IMG/VR virus record: IMGVR_UViG_2061766007_000501
DNA: 64,000 nucleotides
Origin: an uncultured virus (IMG/VR IMGVR_UViG_2061766007_000501)
Lineage: Duplodnaviria > Heunggongvirae > Uroviricota > Caudoviricetes
Direction: 5' to 3' (one strand)
This document shows positions 28,281-38,400 of the stretch, in pieces. A program made the translations under genes and the position numbers. The notes below the pieces were generated by a model, which was not told where the DNA came from, searched no databases, and was given only the letters and a program-made list of their open reading frames with translations. How positions within the stretch are numbered: position 1 is the stretch's first letter; each line of letters begins with the position of its first letter.

Positions 28281-31200
28281 ATGGGATATAAAGATGTAAA
28301 TGTAAATGTCGGTGGTAATAACAATAACTATCCACAGACATATAAGACAGTGATTTTAAAGCCAAACATCCCGTTGGGTGACCAGCTTACAGAAGAGAAT
28401 ACCATCTATGTGGTCAAATGGGACTTTGAGATAGGTATGAATAAGATTTATGGTTCTTTTGATTTCTCTTCGGGAGGTACAATGGTGATAGATGGTGTTA
28501 CCTATTACTGGTCTATCCTTGTTTCTGGCAAAGATGGTAATACCTTCAATCTTTGTGACAATACGGTTTTCTTCTGCCAGATGCACAGTGATGTGCTTAT
28601 TCCAGAAAGGAGCATGACATTGAACAAGGACGAAGCCATCAGGATAGCATCACCTCTGAACACATATCATGAAAAGGCGTATTATACGGAGGGAAATGTT
28701 GTTATAATTCCAGACAACTGCATACTCAGGTTTGAAGGGGGTAGTATCAGCAACGGTATGCTGGTTGGCAATGACACCATACTCGTCTATATTGAAGAGG
28801 ACAAGAGTCTGCACAACATAGAATATATGGGGACATTCAGGCATGTGGCTGGCATAAGCAAACCTTCTATACTCGATGGTGTTTTTGAAAACAATATAAT
28901 TAACAATCCGTTTTTTCTGTCATCCGAGTATTGGGAAACCACCAATTGCACAATAGACAACAAACTCATTATAAATGGAGAAGGGGAAGCAACTGGAATT
29001 AATGCAGGTGCTTCAAGCTATGCAAGCCAAGTGCATCCTCTGTTTTCAAAACACAGATATCTTGTAGCCTGCTATGCGAGGGTAACTGAAGTGCATCATG
29101 CCATAAAGGCAAACAGTACATCTTTTTATGGAAGATACGGAATAGGATTTAGAGTAAAAGATGACACTCCTGTAGCAAATAAGGGAATATATACGCTTAA
29201 CTTGGATTTTATTGGTAACAGGGAGAAGAGTGATTTTATTCCAATTATATATATATTGGATGTTTATAATGATGCCAATCCTACTATAAGTTTTGGTGAA
29301 ATATATACTGGAAACGGCTATATTAAGGGGGAGATACTCCATGCTGGACTATATGATATAACAGGTCTTAATAGTGGGGTACCTAATTACAAGGATTTCT
29401 ATTTCGCTTACAAGGATTATGTTGAAAAGAGACTGAACTACAAGAGTTCTTATCAGGAACTAAAGTATCCTGACAGTATGACTGACTTAGCGTTCATCGA
29501 AGAAATGAATGCTAAGGCTAAGTACATGTATATGAACAATACGACATTTGGCACTACTAGTGGTATTTTTGCACAAAGAGATGCTTATAATGACAATACT
29601 ACTTATATGACTGTACTTCAGCCAAGTAGTGTAGAAACAGGCAAAATGATAGTTCCAGGTGACGGAAGAATTGCTGATAATGCTGCAACGAATGTGTATA
29701 CCTATAACAATATCACATCCAAAAATCTTTATTTTGTTAAAAATTTGAGGATACAAACTCCAAATGTCGTTGTTTATGTCTATTTTTATAAAGACAACGG
29801 CACTAAATTTGTTTATGAAAGCTACAAGAATAAAGCTTTATATGAAAGGGTATTTGGAGAAAAAACGAGGATGTATAAGGATATAACTACATATAGCAAA
29901 AATGCATATGAATATAAGAACAACACAGAGAATGTGTATAGTGGGACACATGACAATAAAAATATAAGCTATGATGTAGACCTTTCCGAAATGATAAATG
30001 TGCCAGATGGGGTTACTCAAATCAAGTTAATGTCTGACAACGGTTCAAGTGCTCCAGGTATTCTATATACACCTCAGTTGGTGTGTTTGTCCGAGGCTCC
30101 AATAAATAATAGCAGTATAGCCATTGATGCGGGTTACTATGATTACCTGGCTTTCAGAATTAAGGATACCATTACTACAGCAAAAGACATTTGCATATTA
30201 AACGGCATCGCAATAACTGACAGAAAACTACAGGAGATATGGAATAATCAAAGGTCAGACTTGACAATGTATGCTGAAGGTGAGATTTCAGAATCATTGA
30301 CTGGAGTGCAGATGTCAAGAACAGACAGTGATTTTAACAATAAATTCTTTAGGATTTACGGTAAAGGAGGGTCTTATCGCTCCTTAACATTAAATCGAAA
30401 CACTCCTAATGAAAGAAGTGTTACCCGTGATATAGCATTTGGGTCATGTGTAAAGGATAGGAGTACAGACAGATGGTTCGCCATCAGTTTGGCAAGATTC
30501 GATTATAGAAGGGCTGCAAGTACTCCAGAAGAACAAGATCTTATAAAGGGGCATTCATTACCTAATTATAATGATGTTACTGCTCTTCCTTCTGACGAAG
30601 GATTAAACAATGCTCTTCAGGCAGCAGATCCAACTTTGTATGCAGCCATTCAAACTGCTGCACAAAATAACGATTTTGTAACTGTAAGTGACGAGGTGCT
30701 TCAGCTTTATTATCCTGAAATATTTGATAGAAAAGTATTAAACAATTCTAATAATAATACCTATGAAGCCCTTATTAACTGGTACAAGGAAGACTACATA
30801 GCAGTAATAGCAAAGAACAATACAACTGCAGAGACAGATGTATTACCAAGAACTGGATATAAGGGAATTACCTATAGGGTTGACAATTGGGACAGTACAG
30901 AGTATAATCTTTCCTATTACAGTGAATACATTTGGAATGGGAAGGAATATATATTGCAATCTGTAGAGCAATATACTTGGAGCAAAGGCTCTGGGTATGT
31001 TTCTGTTGTTGCAACTGTTGAAACACAAAGTATCGAGGATGTTCTTCCTGCAGTAGGAGATACTTCAAAGCATTATCACATAAGTAATTGGGATGGAGTA
31101 CGATATAATGAGAATAAATATGCTGAGTATGATTGGAGAGAATATGCTGATCCAAGCAATAACAGATATGTAAGAACAAATATAACAAAACTTGGTAAGG

Positions 31201-31640
31201 ATTATTCCAACTTCAATCCAGACACAGACTTGGATTGGGACTGCTGTGCTGTATGTGAGGTGTATCCAGATATGCCTTTTGTATACAATGAAGTAGGAGG
31301 AACTAATTTACGATCTGGCACTTATGGTATATATGAGTCAACCTTGATAAAGAAATATTCAAAAGTCAGGGGTAAAAACATCAATATGGCTATACATCCA
31401 ATGAGTATAACTAAGACAATGACTATTCTGACGGCTATGCAGTACATGAATCTGTCTGACTACATAGAATATAAGGAAGGCAATTATGTGTCTGGCAGTG
31501 GCTATTTCTTCAATTATGGTGAATATTACACATTAAGAGATTGTATAATATACTTACTTGCTGCATCAGACAACCCTATTGCAACTAATATAGCCAACCA
31601 GGTTGGTCAGAAGATTCTTGAAGCAAGATATGGTAAATAA
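28281..31640 (+). CDS. Tail spike-like protein with permuted PBP/peptidase S11 motifs
   Basis: IPDNCILRFEGGSISNG head motif; FIEEMNAKAK, TTAKD, GKGGS, SITK, SDN. Confidence 0.65.
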   Translation: MGYKDVNVNVGGNNNNYPQTYKTVILKPNIPLGDQLTEENTIYVVKWDFEIGMNKIYGSFDFSSGGTMVIDGVTYYWSILVSGKDGNTFNLCDNTVFFCQMHSDVLIPERSMTLNKDEAIRIASPLNTYHEKAYYTEGNVVIIPDNCILRFEGGSISNGMLVGNDTILVYIEEDKSLHNIEYMGTFRHVAGISKPSILDGVFENNIINNPFFLSSEYWETTNCTIDNKLIINGEGEATGINAGASSYASQVHPLFSKHRYLVACYARVTEVHHAIKANSTSFYGRYGIGFRVKDDTPVANKGIYTLNLDFIGNREKSDFIPIIYILDVYNDANPTISFGEIYTGNGYIKGEILHAGLYDITGLNSGVPNYKDFYFAYKDYVEKRLNYKSSYQELKYPDSMTDLAFIEEMNAKAKYMYMNNTTFGTTSGIFAQRDAYNDNTTYMTVLQPSSVETGKMIVPGDGRIADNAATNVYTYNNITSKNLYFVKNLRIQTPNVVVYVYFYKDNGTKFVYESYKNKALYERVFGEKTRMYKDITTYSKNAYEYKNNTENVYSGTHDNKNISYDVDLSEMINVPDGVTQIKLMSDNGSSAPGILYTPQLVCLSEAPINNSSIAIDAGYYDYLAFRIKDTITTAKDICILNGIAITDRKLQEIWNNQRSDLTMYAEGEISESLTGVQMSRTDSDFNNKFFRIYGKGGSYRSLTLNRNTPNERSVTRDIAFGSCVKDRSTDRWFAISLARFDYRRAASTPEEQDLIKGHSLPNYNDVTALPSDEGLNNALQAADPTLYAAIQTAAQNNDFVTVSDEVLQLYYPEIFDRKVLNNSNNNTYEALINWYKEDYIAVIAKNNTTAETDVLPRTGYKGITYRVDNWDSTEYNLSYYSEYIWNGKEYILQSVEQYTWSKGSGYVSVVATVETQSIEDVLPAVGDTSKHYHISNWDGVRYNENKYAEYDWREYADPSNNRYVRTNITKLGKDYSNFNPDTDLDWDCCAVCEVYPDMPFVYNEVGGTNLRSGTYGIYESTLIKKYSKVRGKNINMAIHPMSITKTMTILTAMQYMNLSDYIEYKEGNYVSGSGYFFNYGEYYTLRDCIIYLLAASDNPIATNIANQVGQKILEARYGK

Positions 31641-31660
31641 TAATTAAAAACAACAAAGAT

Positions 31661-31841
31661 ATGAAGAATATAATGACATTCGTGATACTGGCTATAGCCT
31701 TCATAGGCTTGGTAGGTGGCATTGGATATACAATAATATGGCGGTGCCTATCCCATTGCCGTAGGTGTGGCAGTGCTTGGGTACCTTGCCTATACACAGG
31801 CTAAGGAGATGTTTAAGAGTTTGTTTAATGATAAAGATTAA
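31661..31841 (+). pseudogene. Small 2-TM membrane protein with apparent 1-nt frameshift
   Basis: MKNIMTFVILAIAFIGLVGGIGYTI, then second TM YGGAYPIAVGVAVLGYLAY in another frame near 31735. Confidence 0.45.
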
Positions 31842-31844
31842 GAT

Positions 31845-34070
31845 ATGGCAACAAATGAACATATAATTAAGGCACCTGGCATGTTTAAGAACCTTGCCGT
31901 TGGTGGACATTTGACAACTGCTGACCAAGTTCTAGATGATGCTATCGGTAAGGAACAGTCTCAGATTAATGCTGAGACTGCTACTGCTCTTGACAATAGA
32001 TACACTAAAGACGAAACATATTCAAAGGAGCAGCTGAACAATCTTATCACTACTCCTGAACAACAATATGTGACAGTTGAAGATTATGCTTCTTTACCTG
32101 AAACAGGAGCCGCTGATACTGTGTATAGAGTGGCTAATTACGATGGTATTGAGGTTGTGTCTAATAAGTACGCAGAGTATGCATGGGATGGAAGTGCATA
32201 TCAATTGCTTGCTGTCAAAGAATATGGCATAGACGAAAAGGCACTCATCGACAGCATTGACAATGTTGCTAATTTTAGCAATGTGTCTTTGTCTTTAAGG
32301 CTGACTTTTACTACTGGTAAAGGAATAAATTCTTCTGGTGAAATATTCAACAAAACTGAAAGGATAGCCACAGAAGGGTTTATGGATATTAGCTATATTA
32401 ATAGACACAACAATACACCTTTATATGATATAGAGAATGAGGAGCAGATAGCTTATAATATAGAACCTGGGTATAGGCTATTTGTCTGCTATTATAATTC
32501 TGCTGTTGAAAATGATTTTGCAGGAAATGAGGGCTGGCTTACTGGTAGTGGGGTACTTACTCCACAAGGTGATTTTATGAGAGTTTGTTATGCCACTGTA
32601 GAGGATGCTTCTACTATGACTATTGAACAAGCTGACAACATACAAATCAATTACAAAGGATCATTAATGTCTATTGTAGAAAAAATAAACAAACTTGGAC
32701 TGATTTATAAAGGTTTGGCAAGCAATACAGACTTTAATGAAAATACTGAGATTGGGTTATATGTCGTAAATTCAAATCATCGTAATATACCACATAACCC
32801 TTTAAATAGTGCAGGAGGAGCTCTTATTGTTATACCTTCGGGTCATTACTCTGAATCAGGTATTTATCTTATACCTCGTCTAAACCAAATATGTGTTTCT
32901 TTCGATACATGGAAGGTCTATAAAAGAAGTGTAAGTGGTGCATTGACCAAAACATTTAGTGAATGGGAAGAAATGCTTGATTACTCACAGATATATAGTA
33001 ATATAGACGGTGTAAAAGAGTCTTTGGAAAGTGTCTTTAAAAACACAACTATTAATTTTAACAGTACTTTCATTAAAGGAAGACTGCAATCAGATGGTAA
33101 ATATAACACTGATAACCAAGCCAGGATTACAAGTGATTTCAAATGGCTTTTAAATGTTGCACATTTACATTACGATATTCAAGATGGATACAGGCTCTAT
33201 GGTGCATTCTATGTGAATGAGAGCGAAGATACATTCATATCCAATTTTGGGTGGTTAGAGGGAGAAGGCGATGTCGATGTTCCTGTAAGTGCTAATTATT
33301 TTAGGGTTTGCTATGCTTCTTTGGCCGATGAACAAGAATTAGAGCTTTCTGATGCTGATAAAATTGATATTACCATAACACCAAAACCTATAGTTAATCA
33401 ATTTGCTTCAATAGTTGATAAGACCAATTGGCTTGCTGTCGGAGATTCTATTACTTTTGGTGTGTATTCTTACTTGAATAATGGAGAGCCGACAAGTTCT
33501 GTAACAAGTGATAGTTGGGTAAATCTACTTGCTAATTCTTTGTCTTATGATATAAAGGTTATGGCATCCAGAGGCATGGGATATAGTGTCACAGGTCAAG
33601 ACCCTGATGATAGCTCACTCCCAAGAATTACATTGGACGAACTTCTTACAAGAATAGAGGCATTGACGGATAATTTCAACTTCATTACACTTGCCTTTGG
33701 CATAAACGACTATGCATCAAACACTACGATAAATAACATGCTTGCAGGGCTTGACGATGCCATAGCAAGACTGCAAACTAAGTGGAAAAATGCAAGATTG
33801 GTGGTCATCACACCTTTTAATTCTTGTAGGGCAGGCGATGCTAGTACAAATTATGCTTATGGATATGCCACTTATGGCAAAACTTTGAAGCAGGTGGCAG
33901 ATAAAATTAAGGAGCGTTGTGAATTATATGGTGTTGAATGTTTATATGCTACTAACGGTTTTCTGTTCAATAATTATAATATTAACGAACTTCAACCAGA
34001 TAAAACGCATCCTTCTTTGAACGCTCATAGGCTTATTGCTAAGACAATGGCGAATAAATTGTTATATTAA
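31845..34070 (+). CDS. Tail-associated SGNH/GDSL esterase
   Basis: GDSI, FGIND, DKTHP blocks; duplicated internal domain (GYRL..GWL.G..RVCYA). Confidence 0.85.
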   Translation: MATNEHIIKAPGMFKNLAVGGHLTTADQVLDDAIGKEQSQINAETATALDNRYTKDETYSKEQLNNLITTPEQQYVTVEDYASLPETGAADTVYRVANYDGIEVVSNKYAEYAWDGSAYQLLAVKEYGIDEKALIDSIDNVANFSNVSLSLRLTFTTGKGINSSGEIFNKTERIATEGFMDISYINRHNNTPLYDIENEEQIAYNIEPGYRLFVCYYNSAVENDFAGNEGWLTGSGVLTPQGDFMRVCYATVEDASTMTIEQADNIQINYKGSLMSIVEKINKLGLIYKGLASNTDFNENTEIGLYVVNSNHRNIPHNPLNSAGGALIVIPSGHYSESGIYLIPRLNQICVSFDTWKVYKRSVSGALTKTFSEWEEMLDYSQIYSNIDGVKESLESVFKNTTINFNSTFIKGRLQSDGKYNTDNQARITSDFKWLLNVAHLHYDIQDGYRLYGAFYVNESEDTFISNFGWLEGEGDVDVPVSANYFRVCYASLADEQELELSDADKIDITITPKPIVNQFASIVDKTNWLAVGDSITFGVYSYLNNGEPTSSVTSDSWVNLLANSLSYDIKVMASRGMGYSVTGQDPDDSSLPRITLDELLTRIEALTDNFNFITLAFGINDYASNTTINNMLAGLDDAIARLQTKWKNARLVVITPFNSCRAGDASTNYAYGYATYGKTLKQVADKIKERCELYGVECLYATNGFLFNNYNINELQPDKTHPSLNAHRLIAKTMANKLLY

Positions 34071-34235
34071 TAATAGCTACAATTAATACGCAAATAGTTT
34101 TTTCATATAGGCATAATTAGAGTGGAACCCACTGGCTTGCGATGAGTCGGTGGGTTGTTCGTTAGTGTTAATGGATAATGTGGTGTGTTGAGGCGGTCAG
34201 TATATCTTTGGCGGTAAAACTAAAACTATTTCAAT

Positions 34236-35420
34236 ATGGCTAGTACATTCGATAGAATTTATGCAGGCAGGCCGAAGCAGGGTGCAGTGTTGAACAGCAC
34301 GACTGATCAGGATGCTGCCGCCAACCGTGCTGCACAGGCAGCCGCTGCAATGTCACCCGAAACGCAGGCTGCAGCACCACAACCTCTCTCTTCACAGGCA
34401 ACCAAGAATGCCTGGAACTATGTGGGTGCGCAGATGGAAGCAGCACAGCCAAGGGTGCAGTCGCAGCCCACTGAGACGCAGCAGCCGTTGAGCTACGCCG
34501 ACATGTTCGTGCGCATGAACCCTTACCGCCAGCCTACCCAGGAGCAGCTGGAGCAGGAGCGCAAAAGGTACAGGCGCAATGCGGTGTTTGCCGCCATTAG
34601 TGACGGGCTTAGTGCCTTGTCAAACCTCTACTACACCACCAAGGGCGCACCCAATGCCTACACGGGTGGCTCTACACTGACAGGCAAGATGTATGAGCGT
34701 CAGAAGGAGCTGCAGAAGGAGCGTCAGGCCAATCAGGAGAAATGGCTGAACGGATACCTGCGTGCGCTGGAGATGGATAGGACAAAGGATGCTGCCGAGA
34801 GGAATTGGCAATTACAGTTGAAACAGCTTGCAAGACAAGAGGCTGCTGACAAGCGTGCTGAAGAAAAGAATAATCTTGACATGCAGCTTTTGCAGGGAAA
34901 GATATCTGAACAAGAATGGAAAACCAGGACGGCAGAGGTTAATGCACGATATGCGGATGATCTTGCAAAAGAAAAATATAATTCTCAAAAAGCTCTAACA
35001 AGCCAGCGCAATGCAAGTGCTGCGGCTGCTTATGCAAGGGCAAACGGTGGTAGCGGAGGAAGTGGGGCAAGGAATGTGCAGCCATATAACGTGGGTGGTG
35101 AACGTTTCTATTTGCCAAGCACTTTCTGGAACAACAACGGACAGATATCATCACTTTACAACAGGCTCCCTGAAAACGTAAGAGACGAAGCCGAAGGCAA
35201 CTATTCTCCTACGGGAAGAAGGATTAAGGGTAAAAAACTGACCAACCAGCAGAAAGCCCAGGTTATCATGGATAATGCCACTCCAGAGATAAAGAACATA
35301 CTTAGGGAATACTCAAAAGACTTTGGCTATCCCGTCCAACAGCAGCCTGGAGCATCTGCCCCTTGGGTTGGCGTTCAGCAAAACAACAATAGCAATGCAC
35401 CTTGGGTGACTAATCAATAA
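34236..35420 (+). CDS. Ejection (internal virion) protein
   Basis: AAISDGLSALSNL amphipathic segment, coiled coil; precedes giant gene. Confidence 0.65.
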   Translation: MASTFDRIYAGRPKQGAVLNSTTDQDAAANRAAQAAAAMSPETQAAAPQPLSSQATKNAWNYVGAQMEAAQPRVQSQPTETQQPLSYADMFVRMNPYRQPTQEQLEQERKRYRRNAVFAAISDGLSALSNLYYTTKGAPNAYTGGSTLTGKMYERQKELQKERQANQEKWLNGYLRALEMDRTKDAAERNWQLQLKQLARQEAADKRAEEKNNLDMQLLQGKISEQEWKTRTAEVNARYADDLAKEKYNSQKALTSQRNASAAAAYARANGGSGGSGARNVQPYNVGGERFYLPSTFWNNNGQISSLYNRLPENVRDEAEGNYSPTGRRIKGKKLTNQQKAQVIMDNATPEIKNILREYSKDFGYPVQQQPGASAPWVGVQQNNNSNAPWVTNQ

Positions 35421-35425
35421 AGAAT

Positions 35426-38400
35426 ATGCCAGTAAACGATAACTTAAAATGGGTCTATAACCAACTGACCCAAAAGGGTGCCAATATGGGTACCATTGAA
35501 GATTTCGAGAAAGCGATGGGTGATGAGGCTAATCGCAAGTGGGCTTATGACTATGCAGGGAAACAAGGCATTAACCTTGGGTCAATGGATGATTTTACAA
35601 AAGCGATTGTCTCTGCTCCTGTGCAACAACAATATCCGCAAGAGGTCATCGATGCATATAACGATCCAAATGATGCTGCACCTAACTTTAAGGACATTGC
35701 GCAAATAAATAAAGAATACCAGCAGAGAAATGCGGCAAAAGCAAATAATGACACTTTGCCTCCGATGGCACCATCTGTAGAGCAAGACACACTTATGACT
35801 GGCAGCATCTGGGGGCAGCCTACGCAGCAGCAGGCACAGAAAGCTGACTCTGATAACACTCAGGTGCCGATGAGGCCTGCCAATGAATTGCCATTCAATG
35901 GTGTTTCCATAGAAGAAATGCGCAGGGCTCAGCAACAGCCCGAAGGGTATGAGCTAGAGCAAGGTGTTGGTGGCAGACCTTGGACTATGCAGCAAGAAGC
36001 AGCATGGTCATCACTCACACCATCTGCACGTAGGGCAGCCATTGGTGATGAAAAGCTAGCTAACCAGTTTGAGGAATACCTGAAAAACCAGCAGCGTGAC
36101 GAATTGCGTTCCAAGAATAGATATCAAGTAGAGTCACTTTCACAGGAGCTTGATAGCTTAATGAATGAACGTGCTAAAGCTTTCGACAAAGAGCATACTC
36201 CTATGGAGCAAGCCATGTATGCTTCAATGACCGAAGGTAGGTCGTTGCTTGACACTGACAAAGAGTATCAGACACTCTCTGCTGCAAAGAGGTCGCTTAA
36301 TGATGCGCAGAAAATCATTGATGAGGCTGACATTGCCATGAAAGAAGGACGGTACGATGAATGGTACAAACAGCTTGGCCAGTTCTTCCAGGGGGCAGTC
36401 AGAGGTTTTAAGAACGGAGCATTTGATATCCGTACATGGGATTTCGGTGGCACTGACATTTCCGATGGCAGTGCGTTACTGACAGCCTTGAACAAGGCAG
36501 ACAAGGGTGAAAAGCTTACCCGTAGCCAGCAGGCTTTGTTGGATGCCAAAGCCATTGAAATGGCTACTCAGGCATACTTTGGCTCTGAGCTTGGACGAGG
36601 GTATAAAGCAGGATTGGTGACAGCAGAAAGTTTGCCGTTCATGGTCGAGATGATGATTAACCCTGCATCCACTACTGGTAGTGCTGCCGCAAACAAGATG
36701 GCAAGATATGTCGTTAAGAGATTTGGGCAAGAAGCCATGAAGAAAGCGGGCGGAAAAGCTGCTAAAATAGGAGCAAGAGTGCTGGGTGATGTTGTTGGTG
36801 CAGCTACCATGTCAGCAACTACGGGTGCAGGTGGTGTAGCTGCAGATGCGCTCAAAAGACAAGCTGGAGATATACAATTTGATACTGACGAAGAGGGTAG
36901 AAGTGTATTTGCAGGACATGAGAACGCTGATGATTTTGCAACAGCATTAAGAAAATCATTCCTCGCAAGAACAATTGAGAACTATTCCGAAATGGTGGGT
37001 GAATACTTCTCGCCTCTATTTGGCGCAGCTGGCAAGGGTTTGAGAACTGGTCTTAACAAAGTAGGACTTGGCAAAGTCAACGACTTTATCGACAACGTTA
37101 GCATGAGTGATATTGGTCAGCTTGTGGCCGACTTTGAAAAGAATGCCAAGTGGAATGGTACATTTGGTGAATTTGCAGAAGAAATGGTCGGTGGTGCAAT
37201 GAACGCTTTGCTGGTTGGTGACCAATCCTTCAATCCAAAAGATGAGAATTATGTGTTCGATAAAGACCAAATGATTGACACATTCCTGGGTGTAGGTCTG
37301 ATGAGTGGCTTCTTCTCGGCAGTACAGACAACAGGCTACAGGACACCTAAGTATCGTGCAAGACAAAACATGAACCGTAGCGAAAAAGAGGCTGATGCGC
37401 AATTCTCAAACATTAACAAATATCAGTGGGACGTCATAAAGGCTGGCATTAGGTCTGATGATGAGGATGCGCAGAAGCAAGCCATGCAAGCTATTATGAC
37501 TGACACCTCTTTGTCTGACCAGCAAAAGGCTTCGTTCATGGAGTATGTCAAGAATGTGCAGATGTATAAAGGTGCCATGATGGGTGATAATAAGCGTAAG
37601 GAAGAAGGCGCAGATACACCAGAGCAACTTGATGCTGAAAGTAATTACGATGCGGGCTATGAAGCCAGCGATGAGCAGAAGAATGAGCTGAAGAACCAGT
37701 ATGAGGCATTGCGTGCAGAGGTGCTTGAACGCTTTACATTTGATAAGGACTATGAACCAGAAGTAGTGTTGGATTCGTGGACTGATAATCCAGTAGGTAT
37801 GCTCATGGCGGTCAAGAACGCTGGATCATCTGAAGAGTCTATTCAACTTCTGACTGACTACATTAACGCCAAAGCTGCATACGATGGAATGATTAACCGT
37901 GTGCAGGATGATATAGACAGCGAGATTGCCGCTTCTGACGCACAGGTAGATTCGCAAGTCAACGTTAAATCCGGCATGGTGCAGCCTGCAGTTACAAAAC
38001 AAGGTAGCGAGGTGTATGTGATGGATGGCAATGTAGTGATGCGTGAAGATGGCAGTGGCATTGACTTGGATAATTCTTCACGTGACGTTATCATCAAAGA
38101 CAAGCAGACTGGCAAATTGGCCTTTGTTCCAGTGGAAGATCTTGATTCGATTGACTATCCCATCAATCCAGAACAGCTGAAAGCCTTCAATGCTAAGGCT
38201 ATCCGACAGGCAAAAGCTCAGGAGCAGGCCGACCTGATTGATGGAAAGCTGGCATTTGCCGAAGGCGATACATACCAGGCAATGGGCGAGGATGGCACTC
38301 CAGTGGAAGTGACTGTTATCAGTGACAATGGCGATGGTACTGTGAATGTGGGCATCAATGGCGAAGCATCTGCCGACCCAATGGGTAAGGACGCACTGCA

